Below, piece by piece: positions 39,294-49,255 of a DNA stretch of 64,000 nucleotides. Both the position numbers and the translations under genes were made by a program. The DNA is from a virus (taxonomy: Duplodnaviria > Caudoviricetes). The stretch is taken from IMG/VR virus record IMGVR_UViG_3300024272_002379; one strand, given 5' to 3'. Position 1 is the stretch's first letter. Each line of letters begins with the position of its first letter. The notes under the pieces are model-generated. The model saw only the letters and a program-made list of their open reading frames with translations, was not told where the DNA came from and ran no database searches.

Positions 39294-40808
39294 TTACCAT
39301 AAGCTATCAATCATGCTAATAACTTCATCACTGGTGTAATACACTAATTCAGCCCCATCTAAAGTATACATGTTTGCTCTTTGGATATTTATCAAAAGAC
39401 CAGTACTAATTTTTATACCTAATGGTTTTATATAATTTTTAGGGCTATCTGTTAATGCCCCCACTGATTCATCAGATAAATATAATACAGTTCCATCTGG
39501 ATAAGCATCATACATACTTGTCTGAAATTCGCCAGAAACTGTAATAGTAAAATTGTTAGCATTTGTTACTTCGGTCACAATACCAACTACTTCTATTCGT
39601 TCTGTATCTTCTCCAAATGCTTTTGCATATTTACCGTCTGTTTTTAAATACACAGGATTCCCAACTGTTAATCCATGACTGTCTTGCTGTATACTTAGAA
39701 CATTACTATTAGAACTTCCTGGTCCACTACCGCCACCACAATACAAACCATTATCTCGGACTACTAAATGATTTCCATCATCTGGCGAAATAATAGCTGT
39801 AGCCTTTAACGGACCTTTTCCTTTAAAGTAAATATCTGTAAAATAAGACTTTGCCTGTGACTGGTTACAATAACCATACTGCACTCTTCCAGTAAAATAA
39901 TGTCCCCACTCATAATCATGTAGGTCTATAGAAATTACAGTGCTTAAGTTAATATCTAATGAATTCCAGTTACTTATGCTACACTCGACAGCGTTACCAG
40001 ATTTAGACACTTCCATGGTAATGTAACTATTACTCCAACCGTTTCTATTATGACCGCTACTCATTGTACCAGTTTTAATTACCTGCTGTCCTGCTAAGCT
40101 TTTATTGTAGACTAACGCATAAAAGAAACTACCTGCATGAGATTCTCCGCCTTTATTAATGATACAAGATAAAGTATGAGGGTGACCATTTTCATCCAGT
40201 ACATATGCAATAATTAAACCGTTTGCATCATTATCGCCGTCACTAGAACGTAATGTAGCTCTGTGAGTATATGTTCTGTATTTAATATTTGATACAAAAC
40301 CTGTAAATGTAGTAGTATTTTTAGGTTGTACAAAGGACTGCAATGTATAGTCAAAATACCAAGCGTTTGCTTCTGAGGCACTTGCAATATTGTTTGTTCC
40401 ACCATTATGTGAAAATACATTACCACCATGATACATGGTTTCAAGAGTTTCACCAGCACCTTCTGTGTATAAATGAATAGAAGCGGTATCCTCTGTTTCT
40501 ATTTCTGGATATTTATCAACGAACAATCCAGTTACTTTTTCTTGTATAGCATTATCTTCTGAATCAAATATTTTTACATTAGCAGTTAACGTATCAGTAT
40601 CTTCATCTATATCGAAATGTATTGACCTTGAATCTTCATAATTTTTTACAAGACCATCCAATATTTCCTGTAGGCCAGTAATAGCACTAATAGGATGTTG
40701 ATTTGCTAAATCACGGTTTACTAATTCATTATGGTCGTATGTGCCATCAACGTTACCGCCACCGCCAGAAATAACGCCATTATTGTATCTGACCAATCTA
40801 ACTCCCAT
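39294..40808 (-). CDS. Fibre protein with lectin-like central domain and C-terminal cement-like domain
   Basis: DHNELVNRDLANQHPISAITGL fibre motif. LRSSDGDNDANGLII lectin-like core. HGLTVGNPVYL...VVGIV...GTVLYLS C-terminal domain. Confidence 0.6.
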   Translation of the reverse strand: MGVRLVRYNNGVISGGGGNVDGTYDHNELVNRDLANQHPISAITGLQEILDGLVKNYEDSRSIHFDIDEDTDTLTANVKIFDSEDNAIQEKVTGLFVDKYPEIETEDTASIHLYTEGAGETLETMYHGGNVFSHNGGTNNIASASEANAWYFDYTLQSFVQPKNTTTFTGFVSNIKYRTYTHRATLRSSDGDNDANGLIIAYVLDENGHPHTLSCIINKGGESHAGSFFYALVYNKSLAGQQVIKTGTMSSGHNRNGWSNSYITMEVSKSGNAVECSISNWNSLDINLSTVISIDLHDYEWGHYFTGRVQYGYCNQSQAKSYFTDIYFKGKGPLKATAIISPDDGNHLVVRDNGLYCGGGSGPGSSNSNVLSIQQDSHGLTVGNPVYLKTDGKYAKAFGEDTERIEVVGIVTEVTNANNFTITVSGEFQTSMYDAYPDGTVLYLSDESVGALTDSPKNYIKPLGIKISTGLLINIQRANMYTLDGAELVYYTSDEVISMIDSLW

Positions 40809-40822
40809 GCTATTCTCACCTT

Positions 40823-42154
40823 CTATTCTATCATTATTTTGAATCTGTAAGAATTAGCTGTCATGTAGAAATCCTGAATTGGTCTATCTATAAGTTTTAT
40901 ATAGATACTTTTACCTTCTGATGGATTGATGGAATCAATAACAACTTCCTTACCATAAGGTAAATCTTTTTCTGCTCTACTTTCATCATATAAGGCAACA
41001 GCTACTTCTTCTTCGCCTCCATAATACTCAGAATATTTAATAACTCTTACTTTTACATTTGTTAATACATAGTTTTCATTATTATGTAAGTCTAACTTGA
41101 CGAAATAAGAGCCACGATAAAATGTACCTAAATCATATAATTCAAGTGGATTAATTTCTTTATTGTCGATATAAAGTCTAATATCTCTTTCAATACTAAA
41201 TCCATCTCCACCATATAATTCTTCACTTAATACAAAATTATTTATCGTTGTTTTGTATTTACCGCTAGGAAATATTCTAAGTTGGGCGTTCTTTATAGGG
41301 GTTGGTAATGTCATTGTATTTATTACAAGTTTTTTACCTGCTCGATTTATCAATGGAGAATACGCTACATTGTCACTTCTGAAATAAACCGTATCTTCAT
41401 TGTAGATTTCAATTTCATGATTTTCCTCTACGCCATCAATAGTGATATATTTGTCAGTATATATGGCGAATGTTTTAAAATAACAGTGGCTTTTTCTAAT
41501 CAGTTTTTCATCTTCGGTTCCATATAAAAAGAAGCCGATAACACCAGCGTCCTTAAAAGATGTGTTACCGATTTCAATCCAAGTAAAACCATCCGTACTT
41601 GCTAAAAATCTATATTTAGTTTTTTCCTTCGAAAACTTAATATATTTATATATTTTATCAACAAAAGTACTATCTGCTATTGTAGCTGGTTTATCTAAAT
41701 CAATAGACAATGCTGCTATTGGAGACGTACTTGAATCATCTATTGAGTATGTAATGTAGCTGTCTAGTCTTTCATTCATAAGAGCGTAAATCAATTCTTC
41801 TAAGTCTCCAGAAATTTGATTACCTCCGTTTGTTATTTCAGAAGGACCTTTTGCCATATAAGACTGGCATTCAGCATAGTCTTTTGTCGTTGACATTACT
41901 ATAATGCCTGCAATGTCTTCTTCACTTAATGGAGTGTGGTCTAGTTGTACAACACAAGAATATTGCTCCATTTCTGGCTCAATAATCGTATAGGTAACAT
42001 AACTACTATTGTGCTGTATTTGAAGACCATCATCCCCAAATGACAAGCAATTTATGTCAGATGGGGATTGGGTCCACATTAAGGTTTTTTCTGAAAAATC
42101 ATCAAAGAAAAGTAATCCGCTACTTGTTTTATTTATCTTTGACATAATCATCAC
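40823..42154 (-). CDS. ConA/lectin-like fold virion protein (adhesin-like)
   Basis: GLLFFDDF...W...AGII...YRFLASTDGFTWIEIG...IGFF beta-sandwich signature. Confidence 0.55.
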   Translation of the reverse strand: MMIMSKINKTSSGLLFFDDFSEKTLMWTQSPSDINCLSFGDDGLQIQHNSSYVTYTIIEPEMEQYSCVVQLDHTPLSEEDIAGIIVMSTTKDYAECQSYMAKGPSEITNGGNQISGDLEELIYALMNERLDSYITYSIDDSSTSPIAALSIDLDKPATIADSTFVDKIYKYIKFSKEKTKYRFLASTDGFTWIEIGNTSFKDAGVIGFFLYGTEDEKLIRKSHCYFKTFAIYTDKYITIDGVEENHEIEIYNEDTVYFRSDNVAYSPLINRAGKKLVINTMTLPTPIKNAQLRIFPSGKYKTTINNFVLSEELYGGDGFSIERDIRLYIDNKEINPLELYDLGTFYRGSYFVKLDLHNNENYVLTNVKVRVIKYSEYYGGEEEVAVALYDESRAEKDLPYGKEVVIDSINPSEGKSIYIKLIDRPIQDFYMTANSYRFKIMIE

Positions 42155-42156
42155 CT

Positions 42157-42837
42157 TTATACAATTTCAATATACTGGTCGAGAGGAACTACCTTTCCAA
42201 TTTTTACCGACTCTTTGCCAAGCAAGTTAACTAATGTTCTTGCTTTTGCCATTGCAGAATTTAATGAAGCATAGCTTGAATGTAAAAACCATGGGTCTAA
42301 TTTAATACGTTTCATACGTTCATAGTAAACATATGGAATTTGCTTATCATCTCCTGCTGGTGGATTGTAATCTGCTTCACCAGTGACAGACTCTGATTTT
42401 GCGATGCCATCATACATAAATACCATATCGTATTTTGGATTATTTGCCGTTGCTTCATCTATAACGATTTGATAATTTGCCATATCTCTTTCTGCCTGAG
42501 CCTTTTTTGCGTCACCTGTTGTACCAGAATCAGCAGGTTCGACGATGCAATACTCTATAACAATTTGACGCTTAGCAATTTTATCCTGAATATCTTCGTA
42601 ATGTTTACATGTGTCATAGATATTTAACTCAACAACGTCGAGTAAATCTGGTCTGAGTGCTCCCGAAAGTATTGCTGTCTTAAGAGCCAGATACTGTGTT
42701 TCATTTGCTTCATAAAAATCTGAAAGTCCTTTAAACTCTTCTGCACTAATCCACTCGATAGGAGTTCTGTTTGTTAACGAACGGTTAACATTTTCATTTA
42801 AATATCTACAAAATATCTGATATTGTGTTGAAGCCAT
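42157..42837 (-). CDS. Hypothetical virion protein, paralog of 42850..43839
   Basis: Shares MAxTxYQ..RY.NE..N...TN, NPK..M.F.Y.G and KRI.L.PWF..S.Y.SL..A...A.TLV...G...VK..K.VP.DQ.I.I. Confidence 0.65.
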   Translation of the reverse strand: MASTQYQIFCRYLNENVNRSLTNRTPIEWISAEEFKGLSDFYEANETQYLALKTAILSGALRPDLLDVVELNIYDTCKHYEDIQDKIAKRQIVIEYCIVEPADSGTTGDAKKAQAERDMANYQIVIDEATANNPKYDMVFMYDGIAKSESVTGEADYNPPAGDDKQIPYVYYERMKRIKLDPWFLHSSYASLNSAMAKARTLVNLLGKESVKIGKVVPLDQYIEIV

Positions 42838-42849
42838 GTTTATCCCTCC

Positions 42850-43839
42850 TTATTTAATTTTTATAAACTGGTCAAATGGAACAAGTTTAATAAGCTTAAC
42901 ATTGTTGATGCCAATCATGTCTACTAGTGTTTTTGCTCTCTCAAGAGCTGCTTCTAAAGAACCATATGTTGAATTTACAAACCATGGACTTAATTGGATT
43001 CTCTTATATGTGTCCTTAATTAAATACGGTGCTTCAGTAGCTTCTTCATAATGACCAGGAATAAGTGTAGTTTTAAGCTGTGCTCTAGTAATGGTAACTC
43101 TACTGTATAAGTTCTGAGCTGTTGGTTGTCCATATACAGAAGCACTTCCATAACCTAAGTGTGTAGTCATTGCATTACCTTCAATAGCTATAGGTCCGTT
43201 GTAGTATGGTTGTGTGTCACCCCATTTATTAATGACAAGACGTACAGTGTTAGATGCAGCTACATGCTCTTCGTACCCTGTAGTATTTAATGCAAACATT
43301 GTTGCCTCGGTAATCATTTTTTCCATTTTGGCTCTAGTATAATATGGATTTTCTCGTGTTCCGCTATCGGCTTCGCTATTATCACTGGTAACGCCTATAA
43401 GCGATGGACAGTATTTTTCCATAACTGATTGTGTACAAACTACAACTCCTCCGTCTTCAGGAGTTGTTGCTCCAAGAGTTGTAAACTCTTTAGTAAAATC
43501 TCCTTGATTACCAATTCTGTCACGAATACCACTCCAGTCTCGTACTACGTAACCAACCTGTTCATTTATCCAATTCTGATGGTTGATTTTCTGTGTACCA
43601 TTATAAGCAAAAAGCATATTGGTTTTCGGATTATCTGAGCTATTCCCAAAAGTAATCATTTCCTGCTGTTCTCTCATTGCATCTGCTTTTACTGCAAGGT
43701 CAGTAGAAAATATCTTATGATTTGGGTCAGTATAAAATTCACAAACTTTCTGGTATTCGTTACTCATATCGTTTGTGATAGGTGTATTAGTAGATTCGTT
43801 GATGTATCTATAAAGCACCTGATATTTTGTTGCTGCCAT
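42850..43839 (-). CDS. Hypothetical virion protein, paralog of 42157..42837 with a larger central insertion
   Basis: Same conserved termini as its neighbour. Confidence 0.65.
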   Translation of the reverse strand: MAATKYQVLYRYINESTNTPITNDMSNEYQKVCEFYTDPNHKIFSTDLAVKADAMREQQEMITFGNSSDNPKTNMLFAYNGTQKINHQNWINEQVGYVVRDWSGIRDRIGNQGDFTKEFTTLGATTPEDGGVVVCTQSVMEKYCPSLIGVTSDNSEADSGTRENPYYTRAKMEKMITEATMFALNTTGYEEHVAASNTVRLVINKWGDTQPYYNGPIAIEGNAMTTHLGYGSASVYGQPTAQNLYSRVTITRAQLKTTLIPGHYEEATEAPYLIKDTYKRIQLSPWFVNSTYGSLEAALERAKTLVDMIGINNVKLIKLVPFDQFIKIK

Positions 43840-43858
43840 ATAAAAATCCTTCCTTTCT

Positions 43859-46800
43859 TTAAGTTTCCTTAATTGTTAATCGTTTACCTTTTGTTTTATT
43901 TTGATGGTGTAGTTCCCAATATTCTGCTAATTTCTTGTAAGTTTCGCTAACACCTAAGTTACCTTTTTTAATGATATCGTATACTTCTTGCCTATTGTCG
44001 TGCAAGTTGGCAAACGCTATCATTTTTTTAGCCACTTCATCCAAAGGCTTGTTTCCAGCTTTTAACGTTGGGTCAAATTCTATAGATAGATTTTTAAAAG
44101 TACCATTTGGAACTTTAATATTACCGATATAAAATGTTCCGTTTAGATTATGAGATGCAGTTTTTTCTATTTTAACTATATTAACGTCTCCTGTATACGG
44201 TAGTGGGTAAGTTAAATTTAATGCTGACCTTGAAACTGTATCTACCAGAACATTGTTTATATATATATTAACCGAACCAATGGTATTTGACAATGAAAAT
44301 GTAAATGTAGTGTTCTTTCTGTTGTCGATTTCAAATGTTACATAGGCATCTTGTGTTCCTATGTACGCTGGATTGTTTCGAATAACACCTAACGAGGCAT
44401 CGACATACATACTGTGATTGGTTAACAAGTCATTTGGAATCAGACAAGTACCTGTCGTAAGCTTTGATTCTAAAGTTCCATATTCATAAGATACTATGTA
44501 TTGAGAATTTCTAATGATACTTGTTTCACTGTACCATCTTATCTGTCTAAATACTCTCAATGCCTGCTCTAATTGGTCAACTGGGAAATACTCCATAATC
44601 CATACATATATATAATCCAGCATTTGCTTAACAGATTGAACCATCGTCATTGTTCCGAATTCAAATATTTTGCTTTGCCATATCCTGTAATACTTTAAGA
44701 ATATCGTATGCATAATACTTGTTTCAACGTCTATATATTCAATACCTATTTTGTCATAGTCTGGAGTTGGATGTTTAATTGGGTATTTGGCTATAAACGT
44801 TGTTTCGTCTATTTTTTTAACAGGGTTTTTTGGTCTCATCTGCTCCTTATCAAATATGATATTTTCAAAATCCTCATATCTTGTATCGTTCTCTGGTAAC
44901 AATAATTCATCAATACCATACCTTACGCCATCAAATGGGTCTGGGTCTTCGTACACCCATACCCAATTACCAAAATCATTTGGTAGGATATTTAATTCCT
45001 TAGATATTTGATGAGCTCCTGCTATTTGTTTAAATAACTCAGATTCTGAAATAAACTTATTTCCAAATATTTCATGGTCATAAAAACCTTTTAATTCTTT
45101 TTTTGCTGTTGCTCCAATACAATCCAGCATATGGATATTTCGTTTATCTCTGTAACCTTGAAGCTGTGTTTGAATTTGCATGTCTATTTCTTTACCGTCG
45201 CCCCAAGTAAATCCATAATCATAGTAACACATTTGACTTAATTTATCTACAAATAATGAATCTTGTGTATTTATTTTATAGCTTACTTTCGATGCTCCCA
45301 AAAATTCTTTTGTAAAGGTATCTTTAGCTTTTTTAAATACATTTGAACCTTCGTCTATAAAGACGTTATTTGCCTTTCTGAAGGCTTTTATTCCTTGGGT
45401 AAGCCACATACCATCTATTGTTCTATCTGCCCAAATTACAGCCTTTAAATCGCTCAGGTGACGTGCTTTTACTTGAGCCATTATGTCTTTACTAATTATA
45501 AGGTATAATTTTGTTCTTGTTATCTGTAAATTCTTATACTCAAGGTAAAGATTGTGCTCTTTTCTGTCACACATTAAACCTAACTCTAACTGCATTTTTC
45601 CAGACAGTACAGAAGCAAATATAGATTCAGATAAAAATCCTTTACCAATTGTTTTCTGGACCATAACATTGATGTTGTCTATATAGGCTTGGTTTTTTAC
45701 TTTAGACACTGGTATCATTAATCCACCAAAACCATGATGAAGTGCATTTACGTAATTAGCAGGAATATCATTTCTAATAACAGAATCAAAGTCAATATAG
45801 TCCATACTTACAATCTTTTTAATTAAGCTTTGACCATTTTCAAAGATTCCTGCAAAATAGTTTTCCTTGCTTGCCAATATATCTTTTATAAAGTGATTAA
45901 TGTTATGAATACCTTTTTCTAGCCATGGTGTTCCAAAAAAATACCATTCCATTCCTGTGTATGGAAGTCTATATGCAAAATCCTGATTATAATTAATCGA
46001 AGAGCCTTTTTTTATCTTCCACACAAAATCAGGTTTTTGAATGATACTAAATCGACTTGAATCTTTTAAGTATCCAGGCAGATGACTTTCCAATACAAAA
46101 GAACTAGATTCTTTTTTATAGCCAGGTAAATGGCTTTCTAACTCAAAAGAGATTCTGTCTTTTCTGTATCCTGTGGCATCATCTTTGATTTCAAAATCTA
46201 CACCATCTTTATACATAAAAACATGTTCGCCATATCTATCCTGAAGTCGTACAGGATATGACTCTCTTTCGATAAAGTATGTGGTATATAGAATTTTAAA
46301 CCATTTTCTACATTTATCTAGTCGTTCGTATTTATTATTGATAGATGTTTGTTTTTGCCCCTTATCTAATGTCTCGTGTACATTATCAATAAAAGCTGAT
46401 TTATGATTTTTCTGCAAAAAAGTTCCAGACTGAGTTACTGTATCTATTGCATCTAAATCTAATGTAACGCCAGTACTTTGATAACAAGATTTAATATTTT
46501 TATCTGTCCAGAAATATTCCCACTCTGTATCTCCGATTGTTTCCATGTCCAAGAATATAGAAATGCCATCAATGGCAAGCGTTTGCTTTGTATCTTTTTC
46601 TACAAATATATCAAATATTTCAAGGTCAAGTCCGCATAATAACCCGTGTTTACGCTGAAGAAAATACTGTTTTTCAAAGAATGTTCTTTTTGGCAACAAA
46701 TCCATTGTAATATGATTATTAAATCTGCTTGTTTCCTTACCATACTTATGACCAAACATGTGACTACTTACACAACAAGCTTGTTGATAAAGACGTTTTA

Positions 46801-47743
46801 CTTGTATTGATGACAAATAATTAGCTACTAGTTCACTTCTTGTTGATTGAACTATACCCTGTACTGCAATAAATATATCCTTGCTTCGTTCTAGGGATAC
46901 ACTAGAATCAGTTACTAAGTGTTTATCTATATTTTTTCCAGAAACAGTGCTTGTAATGTTTGTTTTAAATTCATTTTTGGATTTGGCTCCATAAGTAATT
47001 AATTGATTTAACGACAGTTTTCTTTTTGGTTTTGATGTAATCTGTTCCATGATATTCACATGGTTAACACTTTCTGGAGCTAATTCGTATAATTCTTGAA
47101 TATACAATTCTAAAACCAAAGAGCTGATTATTGGATTCTGAAACACATTAACTATATTTGTATACGGGTTGATTGCACCATAGAAGTTATTTGCGTTTAC
47201 AATATTGTCATAGCGTTTAATGCCAAAAATGTCTTTATGTGTATTGCCACCATCATTAAATAACTTATTCCCTGAGTATGCCCAATAAGGAGCATTACCT
47301 ATATTTTCATTGGTATACACTTCGTAAAACTGAGTAGTATACATATATTTACGATTACCTATGGCATTAAAACCATTTTTATCATTTGCAGATTTAATAC
47401 TTGTAACCCCTGATAATATTTTATCTTTGTTAAGACTTTTAATTTCTGTAGACCCAGAATAATTATCAGTAGTAAACGCATTCCCGATTTCATTTGATAA
47501 TCCATTGATTGAATTGGTACATACAGTATAAATATTTCTTGCTGCGAATAAATCTCTTAAGTCAGATAGCCCAGTTGCTACCTTTGTGATAACAACTGGG
47601 CTATTGAATATGCTTGCATCAGAAAAGGCGACATATCTTTGGTAAGCAAAACCGTATTCTATTGACTCAGAGAGCCAGTACTTAAAAGCCATTTCTTGAA
47701 CAGCTTCTGTAACTGCTTGATATTTAAATGATATTTCGCCCAT
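43859..47743 (-). CDS. Large virion protein with long degenerate ~16-aa repeat region
   Basis: Periodicity visible in FELESHLPGYKKESSS / FVLESHLPGYLKDSSR. Globular C-terminal ~350 aa. Confidence 0.6.
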   Translation of the reverse strand: MGEISFKYQAVTEAVQEMAFKYWLSESIEYGFAYQRYVAFSDASIFNSPVVITKVATGLSDLRDLFAARNIYTVCTNSINGLSNEIGNAFTTDNYSGSTEIKSLNKDKILSGVTSIKSANDKNGFNAIGNRKYMYTTQFYEVYTNENIGNAPYWAYSGNKLFNDGGNTHKDIFGIKRYDNIVNANNFYGAINPYTNIVNVFQNPIISSLVLELYIQELYELAPESVNHVNIMEQITSKPKRKLSLNQLITYGAKSKNEFKTNITSTVSGKNIDKHLVTDSSVSLERSKDIFIAVQGIVQSTRSELVANYLSSIQVKRLYQQACCVSSHMFGHKYGKETSRFNNHITMDLLPKRTFFEKQYFLQRKHGLLCGLDLEIFDIFVEKDTKQTLAIDGISIFLDMETIGDTEWEYFWTDKNIKSCYQSTGVTLDLDAIDTVTQSGTFLQKNHKSAFIDNVHETLDKGQKQTSINNKYERLDKCRKWFKILYTTYFIERESYPVRLQDRYGEHVFMYKDGVDFEIKDDATGYRKDRISFELESHLPGYKKESSSFVLESHLPGYLKDSSRFSIIQKPDFVWKIKKGSSINYNQDFAYRLPYTGMEWYFFGTPWLEKGIHNINHFIKDILASKENYFAGIFENGQSLIKKIVSMDYIDFDSVIRNDIPANYVNALHHGFGGLMIPVSKVKNQAYIDNINVMVQKTIGKGFLSESIFASVLSGKMQLELGLMCDRKEHNLYLEYKNLQITRTKLYLIISKDIMAQVKARHLSDLKAVIWADRTIDGMWLTQGIKAFRKANNVFIDEGSNVFKKAKDTFTKEFLGASKVSYKINTQDSLFVDKLSQMCYYDYGFTWGDGKEIDMQIQTQLQGYRDKRNIHMLDCIGATAKKELKGFYDHEIFGNKFISESELFKQIAGAHQISKELNILPNDFGNWVWVYEDPDPFDGVRYGIDELLLPENDTRYEDFENIIFDKEQMRPKNPVKKIDETTFIAKYPIKHPTPDYDKIGIEYIDVETSIMHTIFLKYYRIWQSKIFEFGTMTMVQSVKQMLDYIYVWIMEYFPVDQLEQALRVFRQIRWYSETSIIRNSQYIVSYEYGTLESKLTTGTCLIPNDLLTNHSMYVDASLGVIRNNPAYIGTQDAYVTFEIDNRKNTTFTFSLSNTIGSVNIYINNVLVDTVSRSALNLTYPLPYTGDVNIVKIEKTASHNLNGTFYIGNIKVPNGTFKNLSIEFDPTLKAGNKPLDEVAKKMIAFANLHDNRQEVYDIIKKGNLGVSETYKKLAEYWELHHQNKTKGKRLTIKET
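46057..46150. repeat. Imperfect 48-bp tandem duplication in the 1294-aa gene
   Basis: tatccaggcagatgactttccaatacaaaaga vs tagccaggtaaatggctttctaactcaaaaga, 48 nt apart. Confidence 0.65.
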
Positions 47744-47769
47744 ATCAAATACTCCTTACTTGTAGATTA

Positions 47770-49206
47770 TTATGGTGATGGAGTTACAGGTGTTGTAACA
47801 ATTCCTGATGTATCAATAATGAATTGTGAATATCTTGAATTCATTAATGGGCTACCGCCAGGAGTGATACCATTTGCAGAGTATCCAGCAACAGAAATCT
47901 TAGCTCCACAAGCAAATTTCTTCTTAGAAGAGTCTGCATCTTTAATAGCATCATAGTCGATTACGAGTTTCATGTAAGTATCACCATCAGCATTCTGGAA
48001 TCCGCCACCAAATGCAGTTGTCAATAATGATGTATCTGCATAATTGGTTGAACCGTTAAACTCTAATACCTCATTTGTGATAGCTACGCCGATAATATCG
48101 CCAGCCCCAAGTCTAAGTTCTGTAGATTGGAATGTTTCACTACCTCTGTTACCATATGCTTTAAGTGTATATGTACCACCAGTTGATGGAGCAACAAGAG
48201 TTTCGAATGAAGCATCTGCTGTTGTTTTATATGGAACTTTAACTCCATCTTCTTTAAATACTGTAAGATTAGCAAGTACAACTTCCATAACTTCTTCATT
48301 TGTAAGATACTTACTGATAGTTGAACATGCAAATACGATATTCTTAGAAGCTGCTCCAAGTTTAAGCTTAGCTGTCAATGTTAAGCCGCCAATACGTACA
48401 CGGTTCTGTAATGAGTTAGAGCTACTACCGATAACTTTAACTGATGTACCGTAAATACTATCAACCATCTTACATGCATCTTTGTAGCTGCATCTGTTAA
48501 CTGCACCTGTACTTTCATTAATACGAGGTTCGCTATAAATACCACTAGCAGAAGCAAGTGTAAGTGTATTGTCGATTACAGACCATTCGATATCAACAGG
48601 TTCAACAGACATTGTATCAACTTCCTTAGTTGCAATCAATGTTAATGGACTAGAGATATTGTTATGACCTGACCATTCAGAACCTTGCTGGTAAGAATCG
48701 TTTGCTCCTCTAATAGAAGCCCATAAAGCTGCTTGAGTAAATGTTGTATCGCTTAATACTTCTTGTGCTGTAATAGATTTTACAGTTGCTGCAATTCTTG
48801 ATGTTAAGCTTGCTTCATTTTTTGAAACAGTAATTTCAACATAACCTGCTGCATTTCCTTCGCCATATTTTGGTCTATTAGTGATTTTACCATCTTCTCC
48901 AAGGTAATCACTTAACAATGGTGCAACTATGTCAATGATACGATATGTAATTGTAGTACCATTAATACCGTTATATGAGAAGATAACATCATTTGTAAGA
49001 CCATTCATGTCTTGAGCTGTATTTATCTTATTTACGGCAGTTGCATGGTCAATTACACAACATGAAAAATCATCAAGAGCATTAGCTTTTACTTTTACCT
49101 TAAAGATTTTCTTGGCAGATTTGGTTTTGTTTTTAGTAACCACTTTTGCCATTAAGCTTACACCTGTATCTTTTTCTTTTCTAGTAACTAATCCGATAAA
49201 AGACAT
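47770..49206 (-). CDS. Virion structural protein with Ig-like repeats
   Basis: Ser/Thr-rich. DGKITNRPKYGEGNAAGYVEITVSKN and GLTLTAKLKLG patterns resemble Ig-like modules. Confidence 0.5.
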   Translation of the reverse strand: MSFIGLVTRKEKDTGVSLMAKVVTKNKTKSAKKIFKVKVKANALDDFSCCVIDHATAVNKINTAQDMNGLTNDVIFSYNGINGTTITYRIIDIVAPLLSDYLGEDGKITNRPKYGEGNAAGYVEITVSKNEASLTSRIAATVKSITAQEVLSDTTFTQAALWASIRGANDSYQQGSEWSGHNNISSPLTLIATKEVDTMSVEPVDIEWSVIDNTLTLASASGIYSEPRINESTGAVNRCSYKDACKMVDSIYGTSVKVIGSSSNSLQNRVRIGGLTLTAKLKLGAASKNIVFACSTISKYLTNEEVMEVVLANLTVFKEDGVKVPYKTTADASFETLVAPSTGGTYTLKAYGNRGSETFQSTELRLGAGDIIGVAITNEVLEFNGSTNYADTSLLTTAFGGGFQNADGDTYMKLVIDYDAIKDADSSKKKFACGAKISVAGYSANGITPGGSPLMNSRYSQFIIDTSGIVTTPVTPSP

Positions 49207-49226
49207 AATTCTCCTCCTTTATTATT

Positions 49227-49249
49227 ACCCCAGGCCTAAAGCCTGGGGT
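49227..49249. other. Perfect 9-bp intergenic hairpin
   Basis: ACCCCAGGC-CTAAA-GCCTGGGGT. The T-run follows on the plus (antisense) strand, not the coding strand. Confidence 0.65.
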
Positions 49250-49255
49250 TTATTT

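Noticed and set aside
30997-40808. Diversity-generating retroelement targeting fibre genes
   Set aside because: No reverse transcriptase and no template/variable repeat pair differing at adenines were seen.
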